From: an uncultured Bacilli bacterium
GTDB taxonomy: Bacteria > Bacillota_I > Bacilli_A > RF39 > UBA660
NCBI GenBank assembly: GCA_944363635.1
Contig: CALVUP010000007.1
Location: 1,666-65,665 of the forward strand
Reading direction: 5' to 3'
DNA: 64,000 nt
Translations under genes and position numbers: made by a program
Shown: positions 32,773 through 41,911 of the stretch, one piece after another
Layout of the letters: every line of letters starts with the position of its first letter
Position numbering within the stretch: position 1 is the first letter of the stretch
The notes under the pieces: model-generated
The model's input: the letters and a program-made list of their open reading frames with translations, nothing else
Databases searched by the model: none
What the model was told of the DNA's origin: nothing

Positions 32773-33765
32773 ATGAACAATAAAAATTTAATGTTAAGAC
32801 AAATGATGATAATATCTGATATGGTTCCATATATGAAAAGAAAAAATATTAAATTTGAAAAATGCTCAGAGAAAGACGCTGAAATATATTTGAGAGAAAA
32901 TAATAATTATTATAATGTAACATCTTATAAAAATAATTTTGTTAAATATCAGTGTGGTAAACAACAAGGAAAGTACATAGATTTGGATTTTGCATATTTA
33001 AAAGATTTATCTATTATAGATTATAGGACTAGATTAGTACTATTTAAAATGATCATTGATATAGAACATTATTTAAAAATAAGAATATTAAATACCATAG
33101 AAGATATAGTAGATGAAGATGGTTATAAAATTGTTAATCTATATTTAGAAAAAGATTTTTATGATGAAAAATGGCCTAAAAGAGTACATGAAAGTATCAG
33201 AAAAAAAGTTACAAATGAATATTATCAAAAAATATTTTCTAAATATGACTTAGATAAAGATACTAAAATAGAAAATATACCAATTTGGGAATTTCTTGAG
33301 ATAATAACTTTTGGAGAGCTGATTAATTTTTTTGCGTTTTTTACTAAGTATTATCAATTGGAAGATAATCAATATATATTTATTTTAAGGGAAGTAAATA
33401 AACTTAGAAATGCAGTAGCACATAATTCTTGTGTACTATCTGAATTAGCTAAAAAGGATAATACACATAGAGCTGATACATTAGTTATTCATTATTTGAA
33501 AGATTGTGGAATAGGAAAGGAAAATAGAAATACTAAACTTTCTAATTCAAGAATAAGACAAATTACATATACTTTGTATATGTTTAATATTATAGTAAGT
33601 AGTGAAGGTGTAAAAAATAATGTTAAACATGATATTACAAAATTATTTTATGAAAGAATAATTTTGAATAGAAAGTACTACAATAATAATGAACTATTGA
33701 AATCCATATATAATTATTTTGATAAAATTATCAAAAAAAATTATAAAGAAAATTCGGATCAATAG
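32773..33765 (+). CDS. Abi_2 family abortive-infection protein (AbiD/AbiD1/AbiF-like)
   Basis: 330 aa. N-terminal NNYYNVTSYK matches the family's YYRxSxY motif; ITFGELINFF; LRNAVAHNS (RNxxAH). About 20% GC; GGAGG RBS. Confidence 0.72.
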   Translation: MNNKNLMLRQMMIISDMVPYMKRKNIKFEKCSEKDAEIYLRENNNYYNVTSYKNNFVKYQCGKQQGKYIDLDFAYLKDLSIIDYRTRLVLFKMIIDIEHYLKIRILNTIEDIVDEDGYKIVNLYLEKDFYDEKWPKRVHESIRKKVTNEYYQKIFSKYDLDKDTKIENIPIWEFLEIITFGELINFFAFFTKYYQLEDNQYIFILREVNKLRNAVAHNSCVLSELAKKDNTHRADTLVIHYLKDCGIGKENRNTKLSNSRIRQITYTLYMFNIIVSSEGVKNNVKHDITKLFYERIILNRKYYNNNELLKSIYNYFDKIIKKNYKENSDQ

Positions 33766-33766
33766 T

Positions 33767-33795
33767 TTGACATAGAAAAATATTTGTGGTATATT
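33767..33795 (+). promoter_or_regulatory. sigmaA promoter (extended -10) driving a short intergenic transcript
   Basis: ttgaca - 17 nt - tatatt with TGg immediately upstream of the -10. Confidence 0.55.
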
Positions 33796-33832
33796 ATCTA
33801 TGCAAGGAAAAAATGTTAAATCATTTTTGTAA

Positions 33833-33864
33833 GGGGTCTATTTTCGAATAGAGCCCTATTTTTT
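33833..33864 (+). terminator. Rho-independent terminator about 40 nt downstream of the promoter
   Basis: gggtctatt ttcg aatagagccc followed by tatttttt. Confidence 0.55.
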
Positions 33865-33895
33865 ACCAAAAGTTATCAAAAGAAAATAATTAATG

Positions 33896-33938
33896 AAAAT
33901 GCTAGTTCATTGACTAGCATTTTTTATTATGTTATAAT
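33896..33938 (+). promoter_or_regulatory. second hairpin/terminator overlapping the sigmaA promoter of the 621-aa gene
   Basis: 11-bp perfect stem aaaatgctagt / actagcatttt. The -35 ttgact sits in the loop/right arm, then 17 nt, then tataat. Confidence 0.55.
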
Positions 33939-33961
33939 ATACCATTATTAAAAAAGGGGAC

Positions 33962-35827
33962 ATGCGAAATATGGGGGCTAATGATTTTGATTTTAAAGAT
34001 AAGGATTTTTTAAAAGACGTATATGCTTTAATAAAAGAGAAAGCTAAAGAGGAAGAACACTTATTTAGCGATAATAATCCGGCTAAAATAGAAAATAATC
34101 CTTTACTTGCGGATTTTGATTATGTCTATCAACATGCTGAATATCTTTTTTGTTTTTGCGTATTTGATTATCAAAACTATCAAAAAGCAGATCAATATTT
34201 TACCCTGTTTAAAGTTTTAACGACGAAATATAGTTTGGAAGAGGATTATAATACGTATATAGTTTCAGATCCACGGGTTCTTGATTTAAAGTGGGAACGT
34301 TTTTGTAGTGAGTTGTATAGTTTTTTATATCATGCCATGCAAGATGAGCGTGTTTTAATAGAAGTTATCAATAAAAAAGAAGTTATTGACTATTTTACAA
34401 GATATTCTTATTTATATGATCATAATGCATTGTTTCGTGATTCTACTGCGACTGCTTGTAGTGAATTATTAAAGTATTCACAATTTCATTCTTACTATTT
34501 GTACCATCCAAGAGATCTAATCTATTTAATGAAAAAATATCCTTTTATAAAAGTTCCACCTGATGTTATGTTAAATACAAATATAATACAGAATGTTACA
34601 CATGAGATTGATATGTATAAATTTTATTCCATGTTATACTATGTTGGTGAACAAGTATCGGAGTATCATTATTTAGAAGAACATAAAAAATATTTGGATG
34701 AACAAATAAACAATATAAAAGATGGGATATTGCCTTATTTTTATGATGCCTATTTAAAAAGTAATCATCATATATCAATATATGATATAAGAAGTTTTGC
34801 TTATAGATGGAATTTTAATGTAAATAGAATGTGTAACATATTTAAAGAAAAAGGCACAAATAAATTAAAAAAAGATACTTTATTTCAAGCATTAACAAAA
34901 GAATATTTGCTGGATATTTATATCAGTAGACATTTTGAAACCTATCCAGATAATTTAATCATTGATATTGAAACTTTAACGAAATTTGCAAAAGAGAATC
35001 ATAAAGTATTAAAAGGGCAAATTATTTATGATTTTATCGCCAACTATAAAGAAAAATCCATTGATGAGATTATTCAATTTTATAATGCTTCTAAAAATTT
35101 AAATATAAAAGAGATATTATATGACGACTGGAATAAGCAAATAGAATCTTTTATTAGCGAATTAAATGAAACTATTCTTCTACCTGAAAAAATAGAGGAT
35201 TATGAAGTTCATTTATTGAATGAAGAAGGAAAACAAAAACTTACTGCAAGTGATGTAAAAATTTTTGATATTACTAATATAGATGCACCAATATTAGTTC
35301 ATAATACTTCCGTATCTAAAGAGAATCAGGAGGTTATAGATAAGACTTTACAACAAATAAAAACAGGGTATAAAGAACGATTGTGTTTGAGTTTACAAGA
35401 TAAAAATCATACAGAATTTTATACAGAATCTTTTGTAGAAGAAGCTAAAGATAAAGAAATAAAATTTGTATTTGGAAAAATGGAAGCAAACAGAGTGGGA
35501 ATTGTTTGTCATGAAGATGCCTATTCCATTGGTATTGATACTGTTGAATTTGGAAATTTTGGATATATAAGAAGTTTGTATACGGTTCAGTCTTTACTAG
35601 ATCATACAACGAGATACAATGAAATTGATTATCTTATTTCTCATGAACCCTTTCTCCCAGTTGCACTTCTTTGTGAGAATAAAATAAATGATTATGATAT
35701 TAATTTAGCGTCTAAGCTAAACATTCCTATATTTTTTAGAGAAAAGAAAAACATTTTAGAAAATACAGAGATTCATGAGGATCATAAAGTCAAAAGAAAG
35801 TATCAGCATATTGGGATTTTAAACTAA
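33962..35827 (+). CDS. hypothetical 621-aa cytoplasmic protein (no recognisable domain), candidate partner of the Abi_2 gene
   Basis: Long ORF, AT-rich, Tyr/Asp-rich, with no TM segment or P-loop. Has its own promoter. Confidence 0.6.
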   Translation: MRNMGANDFDFKDKDFLKDVYALIKEKAKEEEHLFSDNNPAKIENNPLLADFDYVYQHAEYLFCFCVFDYQNYQKADQYFTLFKVLTTKYSLEEDYNTYIVSDPRVLDLKWERFCSELYSFLYHAMQDERVLIEVINKKEVIDYFTRYSYLYDHNALFRDSTATACSELLKYSQFHSYYLYHPRDLIYLMKKYPFIKVPPDVMLNTNIIQNVTHEIDMYKFYSMLYYVGEQVSEYHYLEEHKKYLDEQINNIKDGILPYFYDAYLKSNHHISIYDIRSFAYRWNFNVNRMCNIFKEKGTNKLKKDTLFQALTKEYLLDIYISRHFETYPDNLIIDIETLTKFAKENHKVLKGQIIYDFIANYKEKSIDEIIQFYNASKNLNIKEILYDDWNKQIESFISELNETILLPEKIEDYEVHLLNEEGKQKLTASDVKIFDITNIDAPILVHNTSVSKENQEVIDKTLQQIKTGYKERLCLSLQDKNHTEFYTESFVEEAKDKEIKFVFGKMEANRVGIVCHEDAYSIGIDTVEFGNFGYIRSLYTVQSLLDHTTRYNEIDYLISHEPFLPVALLCENKINDYDINLASKLNIPIFFREKKNILENTEIHEDHKVKRKYQHIGILN

Positions 35828-35903
35828 TGATTTCTTTTGAAAATTCTAGTACAAAACTTAAAAGAATGGTATACTAGTATTTGAAGAGTAAAGGAGAGAT
35901 AAA

Positions 35904-36686
35904 ATGAAATTAGATGGAAAAGTCGCAATTGTTACAGGGGGAGCTATGGGCAATGGCCTAGGCATTGTAAAAGTATTTTTGAAATATGGAGCGGATGTCG
36001 TGATTATTGATTATTCCGATCAATTAAATCAGACGGTACAAGATTTACATAGTGAGAAAGTTTGTGGTTATCAAGCAGATATTCGTGATAAAGAGCGTTT
36101 ACGTAGTATTGTAGAAGAGGTAATTGCTAAGAAAGGAAAAATTGATATATTAGTCAATAATGCAGGGGTTGCTAAACTTGAACCATTCACAGAGATGTCT
36201 GATGAAGTAAGAGATTATCATTTTGATATTAATATTAAGGGTACTTGGAATATGAGTCAGGTTGTTGTTCCTTATATGATTAAACAAAATTATGGAAAAA
36301 TTGTAAATTTATCAAGTGTAACAGGACCAATGGTAGCGGATACTGGAGAAGTGGCTTATGCAACGACAAAAGCAGCGGTATTAGGATTTACAAAATGTTT
36401 GGCTATGGAACTTGTTAAGAGGAACATCAACGTCAATGCCATTATGCCTGGTTATATTATGACTCCTATGGTAGATGGTATTGCCAAGGATTCTAACGCC
36501 AGTGATCCAGAAAGTGTTGTAAAGGGAATCGCTGCGGGTATTCCAATGGGAAGACTTGGTACAATTGAAGAATTAGGGGAATTAGCTGCATTTTTGGCAA
36601 GTGAGGAATCTAGTTATATAACAGGCCAAGGTATTGTAATTGATGGAGCTTCCACTTTGCCAGAAACCAATAGTGTAGGTGTATAA
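35904..36686 (+). CDS. short-chain dehydrogenase/reductase (SDR)
   Basis: TGGAMGNGLG Rossmann motif, NNAG, and YATTKAA (YxxxK). Confidence 0.85.
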   Translation: MKLDGKVAIVTGGAMGNGLGIVKVFLKYGADVVIIDYSDQLNQTVQDLHSEKVCGYQADIRDKERLRSIVEEVIAKKGKIDILVNNAGVAKLEPFTEMSDEVRDYHFDINIKGTWNMSQVVVPYMIKQNYGKIVNLSSVTGPMVADTGEVAYATTKAAVLGFTKCLAMELVKRNINVNAIMPGYIMTPMVDGIAKDSNASDPESVVKGIAAGIPMGRLGTIEELGELAAFLASEESSYITGQGIVIDGASTLPETNSVGV

Positions 36687-36755
36687 AAATTCTAAATTAA
36701 GGACTATTTCTAGTCTTTTTTTTATGCTATAATTTTATTGTATGGAGATGATGCT

Positions 36756-37655
36756 ATGAAAGTACTATGTGTAGGACAAGCTTCTTATGATATAACATTA
36801 CTTATGAATACATATCCAGAAGAAAATAAGAAGTTTCGTACTTTAGATAAAATTGAGTGTGGTGGAGGATCTGCTTCTAACTGCGCATATTTGTTATCCA
36901 AGTGGGGGATCGATACTGCTTTTGCGGGAGTGGTAGGAAAAGACTTTTATGGAGAACAAATTGAAAAAGAGTTTCAAAATATAAAAGTAAATACAAAGTA
37001 TTTGGATAAACAGGAGCAAACGTTAACCACGAGTAGTTATATTATTGCAAGTTTAGATAAAGGAACTAGGACGATATTAACGAATCGAAAGATTGATCAG
37101 AGTATTCGTATTCCTTATGAAGAAGAAAAATATGATATGATTGTTTTAGATGGATATGAAAAGGATTTTGCACTAGAAGTCCTTGAAAAAAATAAGGATG
37201 CGATTTCTATACTAGATGCAGGTAGTTTAAAAGAAGCAACTGTTGAGCTTGGACATCATGTAAAGTATTTGGCTTGTTCGAATGACTTTGCTAGAGAATA
37301 TACCAAATTTGAGCTTGATTATGATAATTTAAATACTTTAATCCCAATCTATAATAAATTAAAAGAGGATTTTGGGTGTGAAATTATTATTACTTTAGAG
37401 GAACATGGCTGTTTTATAAAAACGGATACGTATAAAGTCATTTCTTCCATTAAGGTCGATGTAAAGGATTCTACAGGAGCTGGAGATATTTTCCATGGAG
37501 CACTTGCTTATTTTCTTTTAAATGGGTACGATTTAGAAAGTGCAGTAAAGCATGCGAATATTACAGGTGCATTATCGGTTACAAAAGTGGGTGGACGAAA
37601 CTCTATGCCTGAACTTTTACAAGTAAAGGAAATTTGTAGACATGTATTTCGCTAG
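36756..37655 (+). CDS. pfkB-family carbohydrate/nucleoside kinase
   Basis: DSTGAGDIFHGA pfkB signature and N-terminal GG motif. Confidence 0.8.
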   Translation: MKVLCVGQASYDITLLMNTYPEENKKFRTLDKIECGGGSASNCAYLLSKWGIDTAFAGVVGKDFYGEQIEKEFQNIKVNTKYLDKQEQTLTTSSYIIASLDKGTRTILTNRKIDQSIRIPYEEEKYDMIVLDGYEKDFALEVLEKNKDAISILDAGSLKEATVELGHHVKYLACSNDFAREYTKFELDYDNLNTLIPIYNKLKEDFGCEIIITLEEHGCFIKTDTYKVISSIKVDVKDSTGAGDIFHGALAYFLLNGYDLESAVKHANITGALSVTKVGGRNSMPELLQVKEICRHVFR

Positions 37656-37896
37656 AAGTAATATTCCAACTCTTGATTTACATGGAAATCCTAGAGATAT
37701 TGCAAGGGTATTGGTTGATGAATTTATTTATGATAACTATGTACAAAAAAATAGAGAAGTTATTATTATTCATGGAATTGGTACTGGGATTTTAAAAAGA
37801 GAAGTTCAAAATACATTGAAAAAGAATAAGTATGTAGAAAGCTTTAAAATCAATAATTTTAATGTTGGTGAAACTCTTGTCATAATTAAGGAATAA
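37642..37896 (+). CDS. Smr domain protein
   Basis: LDLHG...IIHGIGTGILK Smr core; 84 aa. Confidence 0.6.
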   Translation: MYFARSNIPTLDLHGNPRDIARVLVDEFIYDNYVQKNREVIIIHGIGTGILKREVQNTLKKNKYVESFKINNFNVGETLVIIKE

Positions 37897-37961
37897 TTGA
37901 TTGACTTTTCGCATTTTTTGTAGTAGTATAAAAAGCAAACTTGGTATAGGGGGATTATGAT

Positions 37962-39437
37962 ATGAATGAGAATTATGAAGATAATAAACATGAATTATTA
38001 AGAAATTTTATTTTAAAATTGGTATTAATCATCTTATTTATTTTATTGATTGTTTGGGTAATTCCAAAAGCAACAAATAAATCTTATCCAGATATAGATT
38101 TAAGTGCTATACAAGGAAGGATTTTTAGTGATAATATTGAATTGATGAAAGATGCCGCTACAAATTATTTTACAACGGAACATTTACCACAAAATGTAGG
38201 TGATCAGGCAACTTTAACTTTGCAGGACATGTATGATCAACATTTACTTACAGAAGTAACCGATAAAAATGGGGAGGCTTGTTCTGTTTCTAATTCTTAT
38301 GTTACTTTGACCAAAGAAGATGATGAATATTTAATGAAAGTCAATCTTCAATGTGGAGAGGAAGAAGATTATGTTTTAGTCCATATGGGATGTTATAATT
38401 ATTGCTCTACTACGGCTATTTGTGAAAAATCTTCTACTGTAGATTCTTATGTAGATAATTATACAAGTAATCGTGCAGGAGGAAATGTAGGGGATAATGC
38501 CTCTTCTGGCTCTACAAGTGCAACAAAGAAAATAAAGAAAACAACAACAAAAACAACGATTTATAAGAAGGTAATTACAACGGTTAAACATACCATCACA
38601 AATATTATTACTGATGTCACTACGGATGGAACTGTAGATCCAGACGAGCCAAACGCTCCAAGTGATACAAAGGATTATCTATATGAATATATGAAGACGA
38701 CCCAAACAACAACGTATAAGTGGGGGCCATGGTCCGATTGGAAAACCTATGTAGATGCAGATGGTATAAAAGATATTACTTGTGATCCTAAAGATTTTAC
38801 TTGCTTAAAAGAAGTACAAACCAAGAAAGAATTTGAGAAAGTAGGTACTTATACACAATACTATAAGAGAGAAAGAGAAGAATCTCAAAAGCTATCTTCT
38901 TATACAGCTAAATATTGTAAGAGTTATAATTATGTTGTTTATGGAAGTACGATTTACTATACTACAGGTTCTACAAGTGGATATAATTCAACCTCTAGTG
39001 GTTCTTGGGTAAAATCTGGTTCTGTTCAAACATATACCAATCCACCAGCAGATTCTGCTACCGTGCGTTATGTACTTGTTGGTGCTGATTACGATGATTG
39101 TGAAGATACTTGTGTAACAACACCTAAATTTAAATATCAAAAATATGTTTATAAATATAGCTTAAAGAAAGCAGGTACTTATCATTCTTCTACTGATTAT
39201 GATCTTGATGTTACTTGCTCTGAAGTTGCAACAAAGACAATACCTGTTTATGCAACTGTAAAAGTATATGATGTGGTTGAACGTGAAGAGCCCGCTTATG
39301 CTTATGTAAAATATTATCGTACTCGCACACGTACATTAAATACATCTAGTTCCAGTGATGTAAAATGGAGTTATTATAATGACCGTACGTTATTAGATAA
39401 TGGATATGTTTACACAGGAAGAAAAAAGGAAAAATAA
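37962..39437 (+). CDS. membrane-anchored protein with ComGC/pseudopilin-like domain (no prepilin signal) and Thr-rich extracellular region
   Basis: TM segment at residues 15-35 without G-F-T-L-x-E. C..YL..LQCG block resembles the pilin at 4365. The Thr/Cys-rich tail gives no domain match. Confidence 0.5.
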   Translation: MNENYEDNKHELLRNFILKLVLIILFILLIVWVIPKATNKSYPDIDLSAIQGRIFSDNIELMKDAATNYFTTEHLPQNVGDQATLTLQDMYDQHLLTEVTDKNGEACSVSNSYVTLTKEDDEYLMKVNLQCGEEEDYVLVHMGCYNYCSTTAICEKSSTVDSYVDNYTSNRAGGNVGDNASSGSTSATKKIKKTTTKTTIYKKVITTVKHTITNIITDVTTDGTVDPDEPNAPSDTKDYLYEYMKTTQTTTYKWGPWSDWKTYVDADGIKDITCDPKDFTCLKEVQTKKEFEKVGTYTQYYKREREESQKLSSYTAKYCKSYNYVVYGSTIYYTTGSTSGYNSTSSGSWVKSGSVQTYTNPPADSATVRYVLVGADYDDCEDTCVTTPKFKYQKYVYKYSLKKAGTYHSSTDYDLDVTCSEVATKTIPVYATVKVYDVVEREEPAYAYVKYYRTRTRTLNTSSSSDVKWSYYNDRTLLDNGYVYTGRKKEK

Positions 39438-39452
39438 TAGGGGGTGCGTGGA

Positions 39453-41027
39453 ATGAAAAAATTAAAAATTAATAAAGAAAATATTAAAAAACATAAAAAA
39501 GGAATTATTGCAGGTACAGTTGCATTTGCTATTGCTGTTGGTGGTACGATTGGAGCGATTGTTCTATCACAAAAAAATAAAGATAAAATCGATTTAAGCA
39601 ATGTTACAGATGATCAATTACGTAATTTAACCTTTGATGAATTGATGCAATATTTAGAAGAAGGATTAAAGAAGGAAAATGCATTAACAGTTTATAATTT
39701 TTTAGATAATTTTAATGGGGATTTAGCGGATAGTCTATATTTAGAAGGAGATAGGGACAAGAAATTCCAGATTCCTTGGGATACGGCAATTGCTATGGTT
39801 GTTGGATATAACCAGTTTGATGCAACAGAAATGTATGAAATGTTCGATCAATACGATTTAAGAGCAGAAGATTTATATAAATTAATTAAAGGTTATACAA
39901 CAATGTCTATTCCAGCTTATCTTCGTTTAACAAATAATACTGGAATTGCTGATTTGATTCAAGATCAAGAATCTTCTGAGTTTTATTTGAAATATGAAAA
40001 TAAATTAATTGATATGAATGAAGCTAGATTTCAAGCATTAAAGTCGGGTAGTGAAGAAGATGAAAATGTATTTTATGCTCAAGCAAAAGCGTTTAATCAG
40101 ATGGTAAGAGATGACTTTTTAAATGATAGTGGTGAAGTGTCTTTTGGAAGTCAAGCTATTAGTTACGCTACTGGATCTCGTGCTTCTGTTGTGCCTATTA
40201 TTTCCGCTGCTTTAGAAATCACTCGAAATACACCAAGTAGGTTTAGCGATGAAGAGATTGAACAGCTTAATTTAGATGGATATTGTAATACAATAGAGGA
40301 AACGATTACGACTAATGTAGAAAAATTAGAAACTGCAAGGATGCTTGCGGGATTAGATTCTGTTACTGAAGCTACTGAGGAAAAAAATGAAGAAAAAGAG
40401 GTAACTGCTATTGATATTAAATATGAAATTATAAGAGATGCGGCTATCAAACAATTAACGGAAGAAAATAAATATTACATTAGTGATGAATTATCAACAC
40501 TTCCAGTTATTGATTTTACGAAAGAGGCTGCTGAGGCTTTAACAAAGCAAGCTGAAACGTATACTACGACACAAGCACAGAAAAAGCAAGGTTCTACTAC
40601 AACGAAAACGTATAGCAGTAGAGATGAGTTGGTAAAAGATTATCCTAATTTGGCGGATGAGGCAAAAAGACAAGAAGATAAAATTAATCAACAATATGAG
40701 AAAGAAAATGAAGAAGCAAAGAAGAAGGCTCAAGCAGAAGCAGATAAAAAAGCAGATGAAAAAAGTAAAGAAAATGAAGCTGCTGCTAATAAAGAAATTC
40801 AAGATAAAAATGACAATGCAGAAGTCAAAGATGAAGATGGAAATGTTTATGATGGTTACGATGTTAAACCAGGCAATAGTGGAGATGTTGTGATTGATGA
40901 TGAACATACAACACAGGATCAAAATGGAAACAGTCGTCCTAATTTCGATGGTCCTATTTATGATTCCAACGGGAATATAATTGCTGGCAAGATAGGAAAA
41001 ATTATGATTTTAACAAAGAGATTTTAA
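39453..41027 (+). CDS. membrane-anchored hypothetical protein with Lys/Glu-rich low-complexity region
   Basis: GGGGGTG RBS; one N-terminal TM segment; central domain paralogous to the 41108 gene. Confidence 0.55.
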   Translation: MKKLKINKENIKKHKKGIIAGTVAFAIAVGGTIGAIVLSQKNKDKIDLSNVTDDQLRNLTFDELMQYLEEGLKKENALTVYNFLDNFNGDLADSLYLEGDRDKKFQIPWDTAIAMVVGYNQFDATEMYEMFDQYDLRAEDLYKLIKGYTTMSIPAYLRLTNNTGIADLIQDQESSEFYLKYENKLIDMNEARFQALKSGSEEDENVFYAQAKAFNQMVRDDFLNDSGEVSFGSQAISYATGSRASVVPIISAALEITRNTPSRFSDEEIEQLNLDGYCNTIEETITTNVEKLETARMLAGLDSVTEATEEKNEEKEVTAIDIKYEIIRDAAIKQLTEENKYYISDELSTLPVIDFTKEAAEALTKQAETYTTTQAQKKQGSTTTKTYSSRDELVKDYPNLADEAKRQEDKINQQYEKENEEAKKKAQAEADKKADEKSKENEAAANKEIQDKNDNAEVKDEDGNVYDGYDVKPGNSGDVVIDDEHTTQDQNGNSRPNFDGPIYDSNGNIIAGKIGKIMILTKRF

Positions 41028-41042
41028 TCAATCTCTTTTTTA
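41016..41042 (+). terminator. Rho-independent terminator
   Basis: aagagatt ... aatctctt followed by ttttt. Confidence 0.55.
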
Positions 41043-41071
41043 TTGACAAAATAACAGTTTTTTGGTATACT
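41043..41071 (+). promoter_or_regulatory. consensus sigmaA promoter (extended -10)
   Basis: ttgaca - 17 nt - tatact with TGg upstream of the -10. Confidence 0.65.
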
Positions 41072-41107
41072 ATAGGGCAATTAATGGATAGAGTAGAGGG
41101 GTGCTTT

Positions 41108-41824
41108 ATGATCAAACTAAATAGTTATGAGGGATTTATTACGGATCGAAATTTACTGTCTTGTTTATGGCTTGCGTGTAATGATTTTACTACGGATGAA
41201 ATTTCTTCTTTTGTTACTAAATTGAATATAGACCCAACAAAAGATTTTTATGATATTTCAAAATCGGTTTTTCGATATACTAAAAGCTTAGAGGACTTTT
41301 ATCTATCACTTACAGAAGATAATTCTACTTTTGTAAAACGCATTTTTATTAATTCTAAAGCAAATCAAAAACTTTTTAATCAATATGAGAAGTTACTTAT
41401 TGAAATAAATCGCGCTAAGATGGATTTATCTAATTCCATTTCAAAGACGAATTTAGAAGAAAAAAAAGATGCTTTTGCGAATGCAGCTATGGCGTTTTTT
41501 CATCGCGTGAGACAAGACTTTTTTGTCAATGATCTACTTACCACTAGTGGAGATAAGAATGATTATAATGATGGCGTTTTTACTTTATTATTACCTGTAA
41601 TTCATGCGGCTGTTCGTAATTGTGATTTTTATCGCAAAGAATTTTTTGCTAAAGAGAATAAAAACGAGCCGACTTTGATATTAACAGATAGGCAAATGGA
41701 TGTTTTGGATCAAAGATTACCAATCAAGACATTAGAAACAATTAATGCAAATTTGGAGGCTTTGGAAATTGTAAGAGAAAGTAAAAATTGTCAAGGTAAA
41801 ACTTATAAAAAACAGAAAAGTTGA
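41108..41824 (+). CDS. hypothetical protein, soluble paralog of the central domain of the 39453 gene
   Basis: Shared blocks AF..AAMAFFHRVRQDFFVND / AKAFNQMVRDDFLND and LLPVIHAAVRN / VVPIISAALEITRN. ATG at 41108 follows GAGGGG. Confidence 0.55.
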   Translation: MIKLNSYEGFITDRNLLSCLWLACNDFTTDEISSFVTKLNIDPTKDFYDISKSVFRYTKSLEDFYLSLTEDNSTFVKRIFINSKANQKLFNQYEKLLIEINRAKMDLSNSISKTNLEEKKDAFANAAMAFFHRVRQDFFVNDLLTTSGDKNDYNDGVFTLLLPVIHAAVRNCDFYRKEFFAKENKNEPTLILTDRQMDVLDQRLPIKTLETINANLEALEIVRESKNCQGKTYKKQKS

Positions 41825-41849
41825 CAAAAATAGACAGTTGTGATATAAT
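41821..41849 (+). promoter_or_regulatory. consensus sigmaA promoter
   Basis: ttgaca - 17 nt - tataat. The -35 region is almost identical to the promoter at 41043. Confidence 0.65.
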
Positions 41850-41911
41850 ATAGTCATCTTGAAAGTACAGGGGTTCAAGGTGTATATATTCAGGGATAGG
41901 GGTTGAATAGA

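Noticed and set aside
40539-40922. ORFs on both strands (40539-40922 minus; 40657-40893 plus) within the 39453 gene
   Set aside because: They are produced by the Lys/Glu/Ala-rich low-complexity repeat region (aag/aaa/gaa runs) of the real gene and are not independent genes.
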